NCBI GenBank assembly: GCA_028534125.1
Contig: CM052817.1
Span: 746,001 to 806,000 of the forward strand
Length of the DNA: 60,000 nucleotides
Direction of reading: 5' to 3'
From: Lama glama
Taxonomy: Eukaryota
The notes beneath the pieces were generated by a model. That model saw only the letters and a program-made list of their open reading frames with translations, was not told the origin of the DNA and searched no databases. Below are positions 47,101-59,170 of the stretch, piece by piece. Every line of letters begins with the position of its first letter. The first letter of the stretch is position 1. The position numbers and the translations under genes were made by a program.

Positions 47101-50100
47101 CGGCGCCCCGCCCCCGACACAGGCCCCGCCCCGCGCCACGGCCCCTCCCATTAGCGGGCCCGCGCCTGCCGTCCCTCAGCCGCGCCGCTCCGCAAGCCGG
47201 GGACAGGGCCTGTGCCGCGGGGGCGGGACTGCTGCCGGCGGGCGGGCGGGCCGTGTGCCGACGGAGGGGCGGGCCGGCCGGGAGCGGGGCTCGAGCAGAT
47301 GGGCGGGGCCTGCGCAGACCTCCGCGTTTCTGCGGCGGGTAGGCGAAAAGCGCGTGCGCCGGGGTGGCCCCGCCCCCGGGGTCGGCGCCCCGCTCGCCTG
47401 CGGGCCTGCGGGCGCTGGGCGTGACGTCGCTCTCCCAGCTGCGAAGGCGGGCGGAGGCGGCGACTCAAGGCTGGTGGCGCGGGGGACGCTGGGCTCAGAG
47501 GTGGGTGGCTTGGCCAGCGCCAAGGGCTTGGCCCAGCCGGCGGTTCGGGCCCCACTTCGCGCACCATCCGGCCCAGAACCCTAACTCGCCGTCGCCGCCG
47601 ACCCCGCCCTTCCTGTAATTCGCTGTATGACCTTGGGCAGGTCGCTAGCCCTCTCGGGTCTCCTTGAGGCTCGGCCCAGTGACGGGCAGGGCGGCGGGTG
47701 CCCAGAGTCCGTGGTCCAGGGCTACGGGCAGGAGAGAAGGGTGGGCACTTGTTCGTCTGAGCACCGTGGTCCGGCCGGCCGGACCTCTTGGGGGCGGTCT
47801 CCAGGAAGTGAGGCTGGCGGTCAGCGGACTGGCCTTTGGGAGGGGCCCTGCCTCCCCTCCAGCATTCCATCCTCGGGGGATGAAATGAGCGCCTGACCCA
47901 GGATGCTAGCTTCTGGCCGTACCCCGCTCCACTGGCCCCCGCAGCGGACACCGCCCTGCCACCCCCACCTCACGGGGCAGCCCCGAGGCCGGACGTCTCG
48001 TCCGCGGCTGTCTTCATGGGTTTGTTTCAGACGAGATTTAAAGGGTGCAGGCAGGGGAACGTGAGCAGGGTCACTGGGGCTGGGAGAGGCCTTAGGGATC
48101 ATGTGGTCCAGAGCGCTCTCATTTGAGTCCCCAGGCCCTGAGGTTTGTGGGGGAGGTGGGAAGGGGTCAGATTGGGAAGAGGAGCCTGGCACCTGTGTGC
48201 TCACTCTCAGCATGGGGGCAAGGGCTGGACTTGAAGTGGGGGCTTCAAGCTGGCCAGGTCCTGAGGTCAGACAAATGCTTAATGCATCAGGTGGTACAGC
48301 TTGAGAGGAGAGGGACCAGATGGGGTGAGGGCTCTTTTAAGTCAAAAAGGGAGTGACACTGGGAAGAAACCCCAAGGAGGTGAGAGCATAGCCTCCTGGG
48401 CATCCTTGGGTTTGGGTGTTAGGGGAGACACCAGGGATGCAGCCCCCAAATGCCAGGCCAGGGCCTCCATGCAGGTTCTGGGCCTGGTGAGGCTGGTCCT
48501 ATAAAGACTTTAGAGCCAAGCCAAGCCAGCTGTCACTGTGACTGGTGGGAAAAAGTCTCCCTGCAGCCTCCTGGAAGAGCTGGAGGCCAGCGTGGCTGGT
48601 GCAGGGAGCAGGGCCAGCAACACATGGGGCTGGGGTGGGGTAGGGGATGGAGGTTTGCTATGCAGACCAGCGAAGCCACAGGGGTCCACACAGCCATCCT
48701 TTCATACCTTCTATGAGTCAAGCGGTTCTGGCCAGGTTCCTTGTGAGCCAGGCCAGAACAGGCACCTGGGGGCACCCATGCTGGGGAAGGGAGCTGAGTC
48801 TTCTACCCCATCTGGACCCATGACAACCACCTCAGGTCACCTTTGGGTTTGTCAGAAGCCTTGTGACTGAGTAAGTTCTATCCACCTGCTCTTCAGTACT
48901 TACGTGGATAACCACTGAAGGTTTCCAGTGGATCAGGGGATACAGTCTGTGCCCCATTAAACTAATAGCTCTCCTTGGGTTTGACGATCTCATGTGAAAC
49001 TGAAAAGCAACTCAAAACCCTCCTGCAGCCGAGGAGGGAGTTGTGGTGAAGGAGCTGCAGACCAGAGGTCACTGTTGGGTCTCACATGGAGGGTCAGACC
49101 AGGGCCGCGTGCACACCAAGCACGCTGGACCAGCACTCCAGCTCACTGTCCGTGTCATGTCAAGAGGGCTCGGCCCACACCAGCTGGGCGCACTGACCTG
49201 CAGTGCCACTTGCCAGACGCTGCCATGGATTACCCCGAGGGAAGGAGTCAGGACCTACCCTTTCTACAGAAGAGAAGTCTGAGGCACAGAGCACAGGGCC
49301 TTGTCCTTGTCCCACCCCAGTGCTGCTCTCACCGGAGCACTTCACTGGGCTCCATCCTCCCTGTACCAGGATCCCTGGGGCCCCCTGCCCCAGAGCCTTG
49401 TTAGGAGAGAGGACAGATGCCCCCATAACCTGAACCAGAGTGACCAGGAGCCAGCAGAAGAGGCAGGTGGCAGGCACGGTGACTCTGTGACCGCTACTGG
49501 GGCTGGAGGCACCTTCTGGGTGGAGGAGCTGGAGCTGTCTCTGTTGGCCTTGAAACAGCAGTGCTTTCCTGGGAGAGATGGGGCAGCACACGGGTGGGTG
49601 CTCACTGTGCTGTGTCCTGGGCAGGGCCTGAGGCCAGGGACCTGCCGCCAGCAGGAGACAGACCAATGCACCAGTATGGCAGTACCTGGGGCACAGCAGG
49701 GACACAAGGCAGAGTGAACGAATGAATAAAAGAGCGTGAGATGGGAAGATGCCTGGAGAAGGGATGTGCCTTTGGGGTGTAACGCTCGGTGGAGCTGAGA
49801 GGAGGGGCAGGAGGGGGCCCCAGAAGGAGAGTCACCTGGAGGCTCCTCTCCCCCCACCAACCCTGAGGGGACGTCTGCACCCTCTACCCAGAGCCCCAAA
49901 AGGGATCCCACCCTGCCCCTCTGGGCGGCACCTGGTGACCAGTCACTACCCGGGCTAGTGCCACGCCAGGTCCACTAGAGGTACCCTGGCTGCCAGGATA
50001 GGGGCTGCAGTGCCTCCTTGTTTGGCAGCTAAGCCCAGACCCGGCCCTGGACTTCCAGCTCTGAGGATGGTTCTGGCCTCCCCTCAGGACCCCGTCCTGT

Positions 50101-51741
50101 GGTGGTGAAGAGGGAGGAAGCCTGGGGCATGGAGGGTGGAGAACCCACCCACAGTCAGGCCAAGCCTTGTGGCTGGTGCCCTCCAGCTGGGCCTGCCAGG
50201 GTTTTGTCCCTGCCCAACCCCTCTAGGGTCCCCAGGCTTCTAGAAGGAAGGTGCAGCCCCACATCCAGTGAAAGACAGGCAGCTGGGACCAGAACAGAGC
50301 AGGAGAGGGTGCGGCCCTTGCTCTGGGGGAAGGATGGGGGAGGAAGGGAGAGGGAAGGGGCCCCCACCCCACCCCCAGCAGGTCTCCAGGGTGAGCACCT
50401 GGGGTATGTGCTGCGTGGGCTCCCTAGGCCAGCAGGCACTGTGGTCTGGGGCCACCCCCAGTGTCTGTGGCTGGGCCCCCAAAGCCCAAGAGCTGCTAGA
50501 AAGACCCCCACCTCACCCACCTCATGGATGAGCCACTCATCCACATGGCAACAGCAGATCCATTCTACAGGTGGGGACACTGAGGCTCAGCCCAGGGTCA
50601 CTGTGCCAGGTGGAGGGGAGCTGGTCACCTGCCCAACCCTTCACGTTCACCCCTCACTCTACAACACTGACCACTCCACACCAGGCGCCGGGAACTCCAG
50701 GGCCAGCATGCCTTCTCCCTCCTGGGCCCAGGCTCTGCCCAATACTGATGGGTGAGGCACAGCCTGGCCTCTGTGCAGGGAGGACCAGCTCAGGGACCCC
50801 TGCCACACCCCAGCAGGAAACCTGCAGCCTGGGGCACAGACAGGGTGGGCCGAGTACCTGAGAAGTGGGCATGTGGTCATCCAGGGCTCTGGGGCCAGAG
50901 GGACACGGGCCAAGGCCGGAGAGGAGCCATCGGGAGAGAAGGGGGCAGCAGCAGGGGACACCTTTGTCTACACCTGAACACGCACCCAGTTCCATGAGCT
51001 TTGAGGACCGTGTCCAGTTCTGTAATGACCACCACAGTCAAGCTACAGACCACATCCATTCCCCGAGCCCCTGCCACTATTTCACCCCCCCCACCCCAGC
51101 AACCACAACCACTGCCGTTGCCAAGCACTGTTAAGCAGGTGACATTCACTCTCTCCCTTCATCCTCAGAGCCAGCCCAGCAGGTAGGCGCCATCAGCCCA
51201 TCTTAGCAATGGGACCACAGGAGAGGCAGAGCTAGCACTGGATGCAGGGCTGCCTGCCACACGCTGCACAGTTCAAGTGCTCATGACGGGCCAGGCACTG
51301 AGCTCTGGGGATGCGGACCAGTTGCCCCTTTGCTGGAAGGTCAACCACAGAGCCCTCAGCACCAGGATCTGCTGCCACCCCCGTACCGAGGGGTGTTTTC
51401 CAGAATACTTTACATCTTCAAAGTGTGAGTTTTATAAAGTGGCTGACATCCCATTAAAGCCTACATACACGTTGACAAAGCAAACAAAACAACAAAGCAA
51501 GAAAACAAAAAAACAAAAAACCGTCATGATTCTTAACACATAAAATACAGACTAATGATCAAAAAGTCACACTTGCTCCCTCCCTGCAGCCAGGTTCCAC
51601 ACTGACAGCTAAGTCATTGCAAGGGACTTCCAGTCTGCCAGGCACCGTCACATGACTCTAGCTGGTGGACCTTTTAAATTTGCATATATGGGGAAAAAAA
51701 CAACCCGGTAACCCCCAGTTAATCAGAAGAGCCACTCACAG

Positions 51742-51929
51742 ATGACAAGGACCTACTGTAGAGCACAGGGAGCTATATTCAACTTCTTGTATTGAGCTGT
51801 AATGGAAAATAATCTGAAAAATATATATACGTATATGTATGTGGATAACTGAATTGCTTTGCTGTACACCTGAAACTAACATCGTAAATTAACCACATTT
51901 CAATAAAAAAATAGAAAATACAAAAAAAG
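51742..51929 (+). mobile_element. L1 3' terminus (laurasiatherian/artiodactyl type)
   Basis: CAAGGACCTACTGTAGAGCACAGGGA...GCTGTACACCTGAAACTAACA, followed by an A-rich tail. Confidence 0.85.
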
Positions 51930-52289
51930 TGAAGTCAGTCAGAAAAAGACAAATATCGTATGATATCACTTATACGTGGAATCTTAAAAAATGACATGAA
52001 CTTATTTACAAAACAGAGACTCACAGAGATAGAAAACAAACTTATGGTCACCAGGGAGTTAGAGGGGAGAGAGAGAGAAATTGGGAGTTTGGGTTTGGCT
52101 GATACAAACTACTATGTACAGAATAGATAAACAACAATGTTCTACTGTACAGCACAGGGAACTACTTCAATAACTTGTAGTGACCAGTCATGAAAAAGAA
52201 TATACATATACATAACTGAATCACTGTGTTGTACACCGGAAGCTAATACAACATTGTGAATCAACTATACCTCAATTAAACAAAAAAAA
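51930..52289 (+). mobile_element. Second L1 3' UTR placed directly after the first one's A tail
   Basis: AAAGACAAATATCGTATGATATCACTTATACGTGGAATC...ACAGCACAGGGAACTA...TCAACTATACCTCAATTAAA. Confidence 0.85.
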
Positions 52290-52860
52290 GGAGAGAGAGA
52301 AGAGCGCTCCCCTGGGTTGAAGTGCACCCTTTTGGTTCAAGCGGAAGCTGCTGACTCACCTGGGATGCTCCATTGGCGTCTTCCTGCAGAAGGACAGAGG
52401 AATCAGCAACTTGATGGGAGAATCGCTGAAAAAGAGTCGTGGGGGTTGGGGGTGAAGGAGGGGCAGGATCCTGACGGACTAGCCGGAAACAAGACTGGCT
52501 CCACACACACAAAAAGAAGTAAGTTGGGGACATAGGATGACAGCCTGATAAGCTGAGCACATCTCTAGACGGGAAGATAGGAAAATGAATGTCCAACGGG
52601 AACAAGATAGCAATCAGCCTGGAACTATGAAAAATTAATCATGCTGGACAAATTTAATTTAGTTCTGACACGTCTTGGTTCCACATACAAGAGTCAAGAA
52701 TAAAGACCACTCCGGCCCAGCCAAGGGTTTGGTAGCTCTCACATACACATATAGCTTACAGCACTTTTAGTCGAGAGATCGAGTTCCCCGATGCGTGAGC
52801 GCGTTCCATCCAAATAATGTGATGTAAAAGCCAGTAGCCAGGGTGATTCTTGCAGAATCT

Positions 52861-52966
52861 GAGGTAGAGCACATGCTCAGCATGCATGAGGCTGAGGTCC
52901 TGGGTTCAACCCGTAGTACCTCCATTAAAATAAATAAACCTAATTACCTCCCCCTGAAAAAAAAAT
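52861..52966 (+). mobile_element. 5'-truncated tRNA-Ala-derived SINE (vic-1-like)
   Basis: GGTAGAGCACATGCTCAGCATGCATGAGG...GGTTCAACCC...TAAATAAACCTAATTACCTCCCCC plus an A tail. Confidence 0.8.
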
Positions 52967-53732
52967 CCAGAACCTGAGTCAGGTGCCCCCTGCGCACGAA
53001 CCCCCAGCTGCCCGCCCCGCCCCCAGACCTCATCCATCACCACCCCTGCTCCCGCCAGCCCAGCCTCCCTACCTGTCCCTCAGGGCCACCACAGGCCACT
53101 CTCTGGCCACAAATTACTTACCATCTTGCCAAAGCCCCCAAGTCTCATCCCACAAGAGCACCAGCCCAAAGCCCAGAATCTCATCACCAAAATCAGCTCT
53201 TTGGATGGAGTTCCCTAAGCACACCTCCTGGTGTGAAGTTCCTCTCAGTCTGAAGACTTCCGAACTAGAGAGACAACTTCCCTGCACCCTATCCCCAGGC
53301 CCCACCAAGCACACCCCCCCAGCATTCATGGGCCAAACCCGGGGTACCTGCTGCCAACACTCCTGTTCGGGGGGGGCAGGGAGGGGGTACACAGGACCAC
53401 CGGCCACAGCTGTTCCTTGCTCCACCAGTGACTCTATACACCCCCTGACCCTGCCTCTGGGCCCCATGGCTCCACCTCTGAACCTCCCTTCCTTTTGCAT
53501 GGAAGGTAGCATGTGTTCACAACGGGGTAGTTTTGTCAGCCTGCTTCCTGCCAGCAGACTCTTAAGGGCCCAGAGGCCTCTTTTAGTTTCATGGTCCTTT
53601 TCAGTCCAAACCAGCAGTGTTTTGCCACTGTACTTCTTTCAAAAGCTTTTCGGGTCTCCTATGAATCTTATTGGAGTTCAATTTATTAGACAAAAGCCAC
53701 ACACAGAGGTCTCCTCAAAATAAGCCCTTCTC

Positions 53733-55479
53733 ACGACCCAGAGGAAAGATGTACCATGTTCCTGCATTGGAAGAACCAATGTTGCCAAAATGGCCATACT
53801 ACCCAAGGCAATCTGCAGATTCAGTGCAATTCCTGTCAAATTACCAATGACACTTTTCACAGAACTGGAACAAAACATGTTAAAATTTACATGGAAACAC
53901 AGAAGACCACGAATAGCCAAAATAATCTTGAGAAAGGAGAACAGAGATGGGGGAATCACACTCCCTGACTTCAGCCTATACTACAAAGCTACAGATCAAA
54001 ATAGTCTGGTCCTGGCACAAAACAGACACATGTATCAATGAAACAGGATAGAAAGTCCAAAAACAAACCCACACACTCTTGGTCAATTAATCTATGACAA
54101 AGGAGGCAAGAACACACAATGGAGAAAAGACAGTCTCTTCAATAAGTGGTGCTGGGAAAACTGGACAGATACCTGTGAAAGAATGAAATTAGAACCTCCC
54201 CTAACGCCATATACACACATCAGCTCAAAAGGGACTAAAGACCTATAACAAGACCAGATACTAGGAAACTCCTAAATGGGAACAGAGGCAGAACACTCTG
54301 ACATAAATCGCAGCAGTACTTTTTTGGGTCTATCTCCTAGAGTAATGGAAATAAAAGCAAAAATAGACAAATGGGACCTAATTAAACTTTAAAGCTTTTG
54401 CACAGCTAAGGCTACCTTCAACGAAATGAAAAGATAACCTACAAAATGGGAGAAAATACTTGCAAACTATCCGACTGACAAGAGACTAATTTCCAAAATA
54501 AACAAACAGCTCATACAGCTTTATACATATATAAAGCAACCCAATCGAAAAATGGGCAGGAGACCTAAATAGACATCTCTGTAAAGAAGGCATACAGGCG
54601 GCCAGCAGGCACATGAAAAGATGCTCAATTTCACTAATTACCAGAGAAATGCAAATCAAAACTACAATGAGGTGTCACTTCACACCAGCCGGAACAGCCA
54701 TCATTCAAAAGCCCACAAATGACAAATGCTGGAGAGGCTGTGGAGAGAAGGGAACCCTCCTACAGTGCTGGTGGGAATGCAGTTTGGTGCAGCTACTATG
54801 GAGGACAGTATCAAGGTTCCTTAAAAGCTAAAAATAGACTTGCCATGTGATCCAGCTACCCGACTCCTGGGTATGTACCCAGAGAAAATTATAATTCAAA
54901 ACAACACATGCACCCCAGTGTTCACAGCACCACTACCTACAACAGCCGAGACATGAAAGCAGCCTACATGTCCACCGACACGACTGGATAAAGAAACTGT
55001 GGTACATTTATACAGTGGACTACTACTCAACCATAAAAAAAATAAATAATGCCCTTTGCATCAACATGGATAGACCTAGAGATTATCATATTGAGTCAAA
55101 TAAATCAGAGGAAGACAAATATGTATCACTTATTTGTGGAATCTAAGAAAGAAAAGATAACGAATTCTATTTGCAAACCAAAAACAGACTCACTGGCATA
55201 GAAAACAAACTATGGGTACCAAAGGGGAAAGGGCAGGGAGGGATAAATTAGGCGTTGGGGATTAACAGACCCACACTACTATACATGAAAAAGACAGACA
55301 ACAAGGTCCTACTGTACAGCACGGGGAACTAGATTCAATTTCTTATAATGACGTGTAACGGAAGAGAATCTGAAAAGAAAATACGTATGTGTATGTATAA
55401 CTGAATCACTTTGCTGTACACTTGGAACTAACACTGCAAATCAACTACACTTCAATAAAAGATAAGAATTAAAAATACT
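53733..55479 (+). mobile_element. 5'-truncated L1 (ORF2 3' part plus 3' UTR), about 1.75 kb, disabled
   Basis: ORF remnants [28 protein letters not shown] and [22 protein letters not shown]. Complete 3' UTR. Imperfect TSD AATAAGCCCTTCTC (53719-53732) and AATAAGCTCTCCTC (55480-55493). Confidence 0.92.
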
Positions 55480-56099
55480 AATAAGCTCTCCTCCGTCTTG
55501 GGCTCCTGAGAGACAAGCTCTCAAGCTTACAAGCCCTATTACTTGCTGGAAAGACCCCCCCAGTTCCCAAGGTCTCAACCAGCCTTTCACAGCCCCAGCC
55601 CCAGCGTCACAACACGTGGGTCTTCCTGACCGCCCTCTACATCTGACCTTTGCTCTGACGTTTCTCAGGGTTCGCCTTGTCTGCCACCCGGGAAGGCTGG
55701 GCATACAGACCAGGAAGGGCACACCTTCACACCAAGAGCCCTTCCCGGAGCTTCTCGGTCGTTCCGTCCAAGCAGCAGGAAGCCACAGGCTCCTTCAGGG
55801 CTTGGCATGGCTATTTCGCTAGAGCATCCAGCTCGTTAGGCACACTGTTGTCCTCCACCACTACCCTGTCCCCTGCTCAGTGTTGTCACCTGGGGCCAGG
55901 ACCCACTCTGCCCTGGCTTCCAGTGTTCCTACACCTCTCCACCGGCCTCACTAGCCATCTCCCCAAGGCCCCCAAGGTGCCCCTGCACCTTCCTCACAGC
56001 TCCTCTCACAAGCTGGCTCCTGTAGGTCCTTCCAGCGCCCACCCACTGCCAGCCACCAGGTCCCTCCCATCTTTGAGGGCTCTTTCCACGGTCCCTACA

Positions 56100-56180
56100 C
56101 CACTCCCACCGCAGGGCCTTTGCATTTGCTGCCCCTGGAGTGAACGCTCTGCCAGGCAGCACATCTCTGCTCACATGCCG
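56100..56180 (+). mobile_element. L2 fragment
   Basis: CAGGGCCTTTGCATTTGCTG...GAACGCTCT. Confidence 0.45.
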
Positions 56181-57044
56181 CCTTATCAGGCATCTCCCAA
56201 CCACCCTACAAGAACAGGCGACATCCCACCACTGTGACCCCGCTCCCCCACCCTTCTCTCTGCCCTTACCCCTTAACCTCGACATCCCACTGCCATCCTC
56301 AGTCCCCATCAGAGCTTGAGTGCTCTAAGGGGCGTCATCTCCAGCACACCCCAGTGTCTATCAGATGGCCTAACCTGTGGTACGAGCCCAAGGAACAAGG
56401 ACAGGAAGAGCTTCTGCCCTTCACAGCACCTTAAACCAAGCTGACCAAGCCCAGCCCTTGCCTGAAGCCAGCTCAGCTCCCGGGGGCACCCACAGGGAGC
56501 ACGGCCGTGGCCGCAGGCCGGGGGCGACGTCTGCACTCGGCTGCCAGGGACCACGTACACAACCAAGACGACTCGGAGGGCAGGGCAGCCCCTCAGGACC
56601 AGGTCCCACGCTCACTCCGCTCCAGGGTGGACTGCATGGCCCCGGTTGTCTCTGGACACAGGGAAAGGCCATCGCCCAGCTACCGAACAGGCATCAAGCC
56701 AAGGCCCCTGGCTTTGTAGGCAAGGCTGACAGGCACACACCCCCCCCCCCGCGCCAGGAAACCTGCGTGTAAGGAGAGCACACACCTAATGTGGCAGGCC
56801 CTGCGCTGACCAGGTCTGGGCCTGGCTGCAGCCCAACTGAGAGCTCAGGCTGGGGCCCCAAGCCTGTCAAAATGAGGTCATGCACAGCCGGTGGGGGGGG
56901 GGGGGATGGCTAAAGCTTGGGCCATGATTCTCCCCCACTGTGAGCTACCCTCCCCGGGCACTGACAGGACAGACACCCACTCGGCCCCTCCAACCGCAGG
57001 ATCTACCACAGCAGCTGGCCTACCTGCCAACATAGCAAGTCAGT

Positions 57045-57845
57045 TAAAGAAGGTTCTTTCCTTTTTATTTTTGCAATGTCATTCCATACAAAAGCAATAA
57101 AAACAAAGTCTGAACAAGAAGTTTACAAGTGAATATTTAGACAGAAAATCTATACACATTATCATTTACAGCAATTTTACATGGTAAATTAACTGATTGT
57201 AAAAAAAACATGCTTTCTAAATCCCTCTGCTGCCTCAGCTCTTGGAGGGTAGATGGCCTACCTAGCACTATTTACAAGTACCAAACTAAGACTGTATAAC
57301 TTACGTAAAACCCATTAACTTACCAGCTCAATTTAAAATCTGACTATTCAGTGCTCTGGATGAGGAAAAAGCCACCTTGACTTACTGACAAGCAGCCAAA
57401 TATCCAGTTTCCATAGAAGTGTGAAAGGGACCCACGGAGACCACCTGGTCAGACACCAGCAGAGAAAGCCGGCGCCAGCGTGGTCCCGTGAACGACTGTA
57501 AACCCAAGCGGCCACCTGACAGGCAGCAACTTAACATTCAACATACTTGTGGAAAACCAGTTAAAATATGCTTGTCACATTAACCCGAAGATGGTAGACA
57601 TTAAAAGCAATTAAGGTCGTGGCAAGATTGCTTCAAGTTCCACTTCCCTTGGATTTAGTTCCATTTACAATTTAAAACATGCAAAATGCACCCCCATTCA
57701 TAAAATTAATGTTTCTTAAGGATATATGGCAAGAACAACAATCCACCATGAGACAAGAAGCTGTTAAGAAGCTGTTAACAGAAACCAGCCAGCTAAGAAC
57801 ACAGGGCAGGGCTCGGCCGGTGCCTGGATGGTGCGGCCACACCAG
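57045..57845 (-). other. SLBP: SLBP 3' UTR (about 800 nt, AU-rich)
   Basis: AT-rich block between the stop codon and the AATAAA, with a sharp return to GC-rich sequence beyond it. Confidence 0.8.
57064..57069 (-). terminator. SLBP: SLBP polyadenylation signal AATAAA
   Basis: Plus strand TTTATT, with an upstream UGUA (57087-57090) and a U-rich element. Confidence 0.8.
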
Positions 57846-57962
57846 TTAGCTCATGGCGGAGAAGTCTCTCAAGGGTTCAGTTAAACACGCCTCCAAATCA
57901 AACTCATCCTCCGCCGGGCAGTCCACGTGTCTCACTTTCGTGGGTGTGCCACAGAACGTGTC
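57846..57962 (-). CDS. SLBP: SLBP (histone stem-loop binding protein) last coding exon: [38 protein letters not shown]
   Basis: Hand translation matches the SLBP C-terminus (GTPTKVRH...[21 protein letters not shown]). Acceptor CTTCTGTTTTGCAG, TAA at 57848-57846, 117 nt. Upstream exons were not found in the window. Confidence 0.95.
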   Translation of the reverse strand, partial: DTFCGTPTKVRHVDCPAEDEFDLEACLTEPLRDFSAMS

Positions 57963-58709
57963 CTGCAAAACAGAAGCATGGTCAGGGCTCGCTCTGCAGA
58001 CACGCTGGGCTTGCTGCTAGCGCTGCTGAACACAGGCTGCTTGCCCTGCATGGAGTGGAGGCCAGCTGGCCCCCGGCGCTCCAATCTAAGTCTCAGCGAG
58101 GGTCTCTGACCAGGAGCCTCACCTGGGAGTCCAAGGCGCTCAGCTACTTCAAATTCACCAACAGCATCCAGCCTCACTTTCTCTGGTATGTCAAATCCTA
58201 CCCATCAACCCCGCCCAACTAGAAACCAACTGATCCTTTGAGGCCTCTGAGCCACAGCCACTCAACTCCAACAGGACCTGCTACATGGACTCACCACACT
58301 GCCGAGGAAGGTCTGCCCCTCCCGAGCCCATCACCCCCAAAATGGGCCACTTCCTACACAGCACAGCCTCTGGGAACCAGGTGAGAGAACACACGGATGA
58401 CCAGGAGGCACCTGTAACCACGCCACAGGGGCCCGACATCCTCTGCACTGGCCGCTGCCCAGAGCCCAAGGCTGGGGTGAGCACGTCAGTGCCCGCCCTC
58501 TGCAAACGGCTGGACAGAACTGAGTAGTGGCTGAAGACAGGTGACAGTGCTTAGTTTAACACACTTCTGGATTGCTTTTTTCACTAAAGAAGTTTAACTG
58601 AAAGGTCATACACTCATATGTTATGTCAGAGTTTACAATTTTAACCAACTGAAGCCCAATGTTTATACCAACTAACACCAAAGTTTTAAATGAATGTTAA
58701 AAAAAGGTT

Positions 58710-59170
58710 CCTATTTTTACAATGGGGAAATCTGGTTGATACCACTTGAATCATGCTGTAAACTGAACATCACTGATTAACAGGATAAACTGATACCTCC
58801 CCACCCACTGTCACAGTCTTGCCCAAAGTGCTCAACCTGAATCTCATCCTTAAGGAAACAATGTGACAACTCCCAAGTGACAAACATCCTGCTTTATGAA
58901 AACTGGTCTGAGCTCTACAAAAGAAATGTCAGAGTTAAGCAGGGAAACTATTCTAAGTTAAAGAAAACTTAAGAGAGGTGGCAATTTAACATGCAACCCT
59001 TGATTAAATTCTGGATCAAAAAAGACCTGTAAAAAGGACACTGGAACAATCAGGAGCCCGGAAGCTGGCCTGTTCACTAGACGGCAGGGCTTCAGCAATG
59101 TTCCACTTCCCAGCGCAGTCAGCACACTGGAGCGTGTCCAGTGCCAGGGGGTGAGCACCACCACCCTACA
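58710..59170 (+). mobile_element. Ancient L1MC/ME-type 3' UTR fragment in the last SLBP intron
   Basis: TTTACAATGGGGAAATCTGG...AACCTGAATCTCATC...AACATGCAACCCTTGATTAAATTCTGGATC. Confidence 0.65.

Larger units (their letters stand above)
46370..47700. promoter_or_regulatory. CpG island / TATA-less FAM53A promoter
   Basis: Very high GC and CpG density, many GGGCGG/CCGCCC boxes, and a CRE-like TGACGTCG at 47422-47429. Confidence 0.9.

Noticed and set aside
46101..47951. ORFs of 200-364 aa across the promoter
   Set aside because: CpG-island artefacts with low-complexity Arg/Gly/Ala/Pro translations.
53756..54831. L1 ORF2-like ORFs (also 20973-21729)
   Set aside because: Fragments of 5'-truncated L1 copies with frameshifts and stops, not functional genes.
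58295..58369. Possible 75-nt cryptic exon in the last SLBP intron (CCCAG acceptor, GTGAGT donor)
   Set aside because: Weak polypyrimidine tract, an in-frame TGA, no similarity to SLBP and no transcript evidence. Such site pairs are common by chance.
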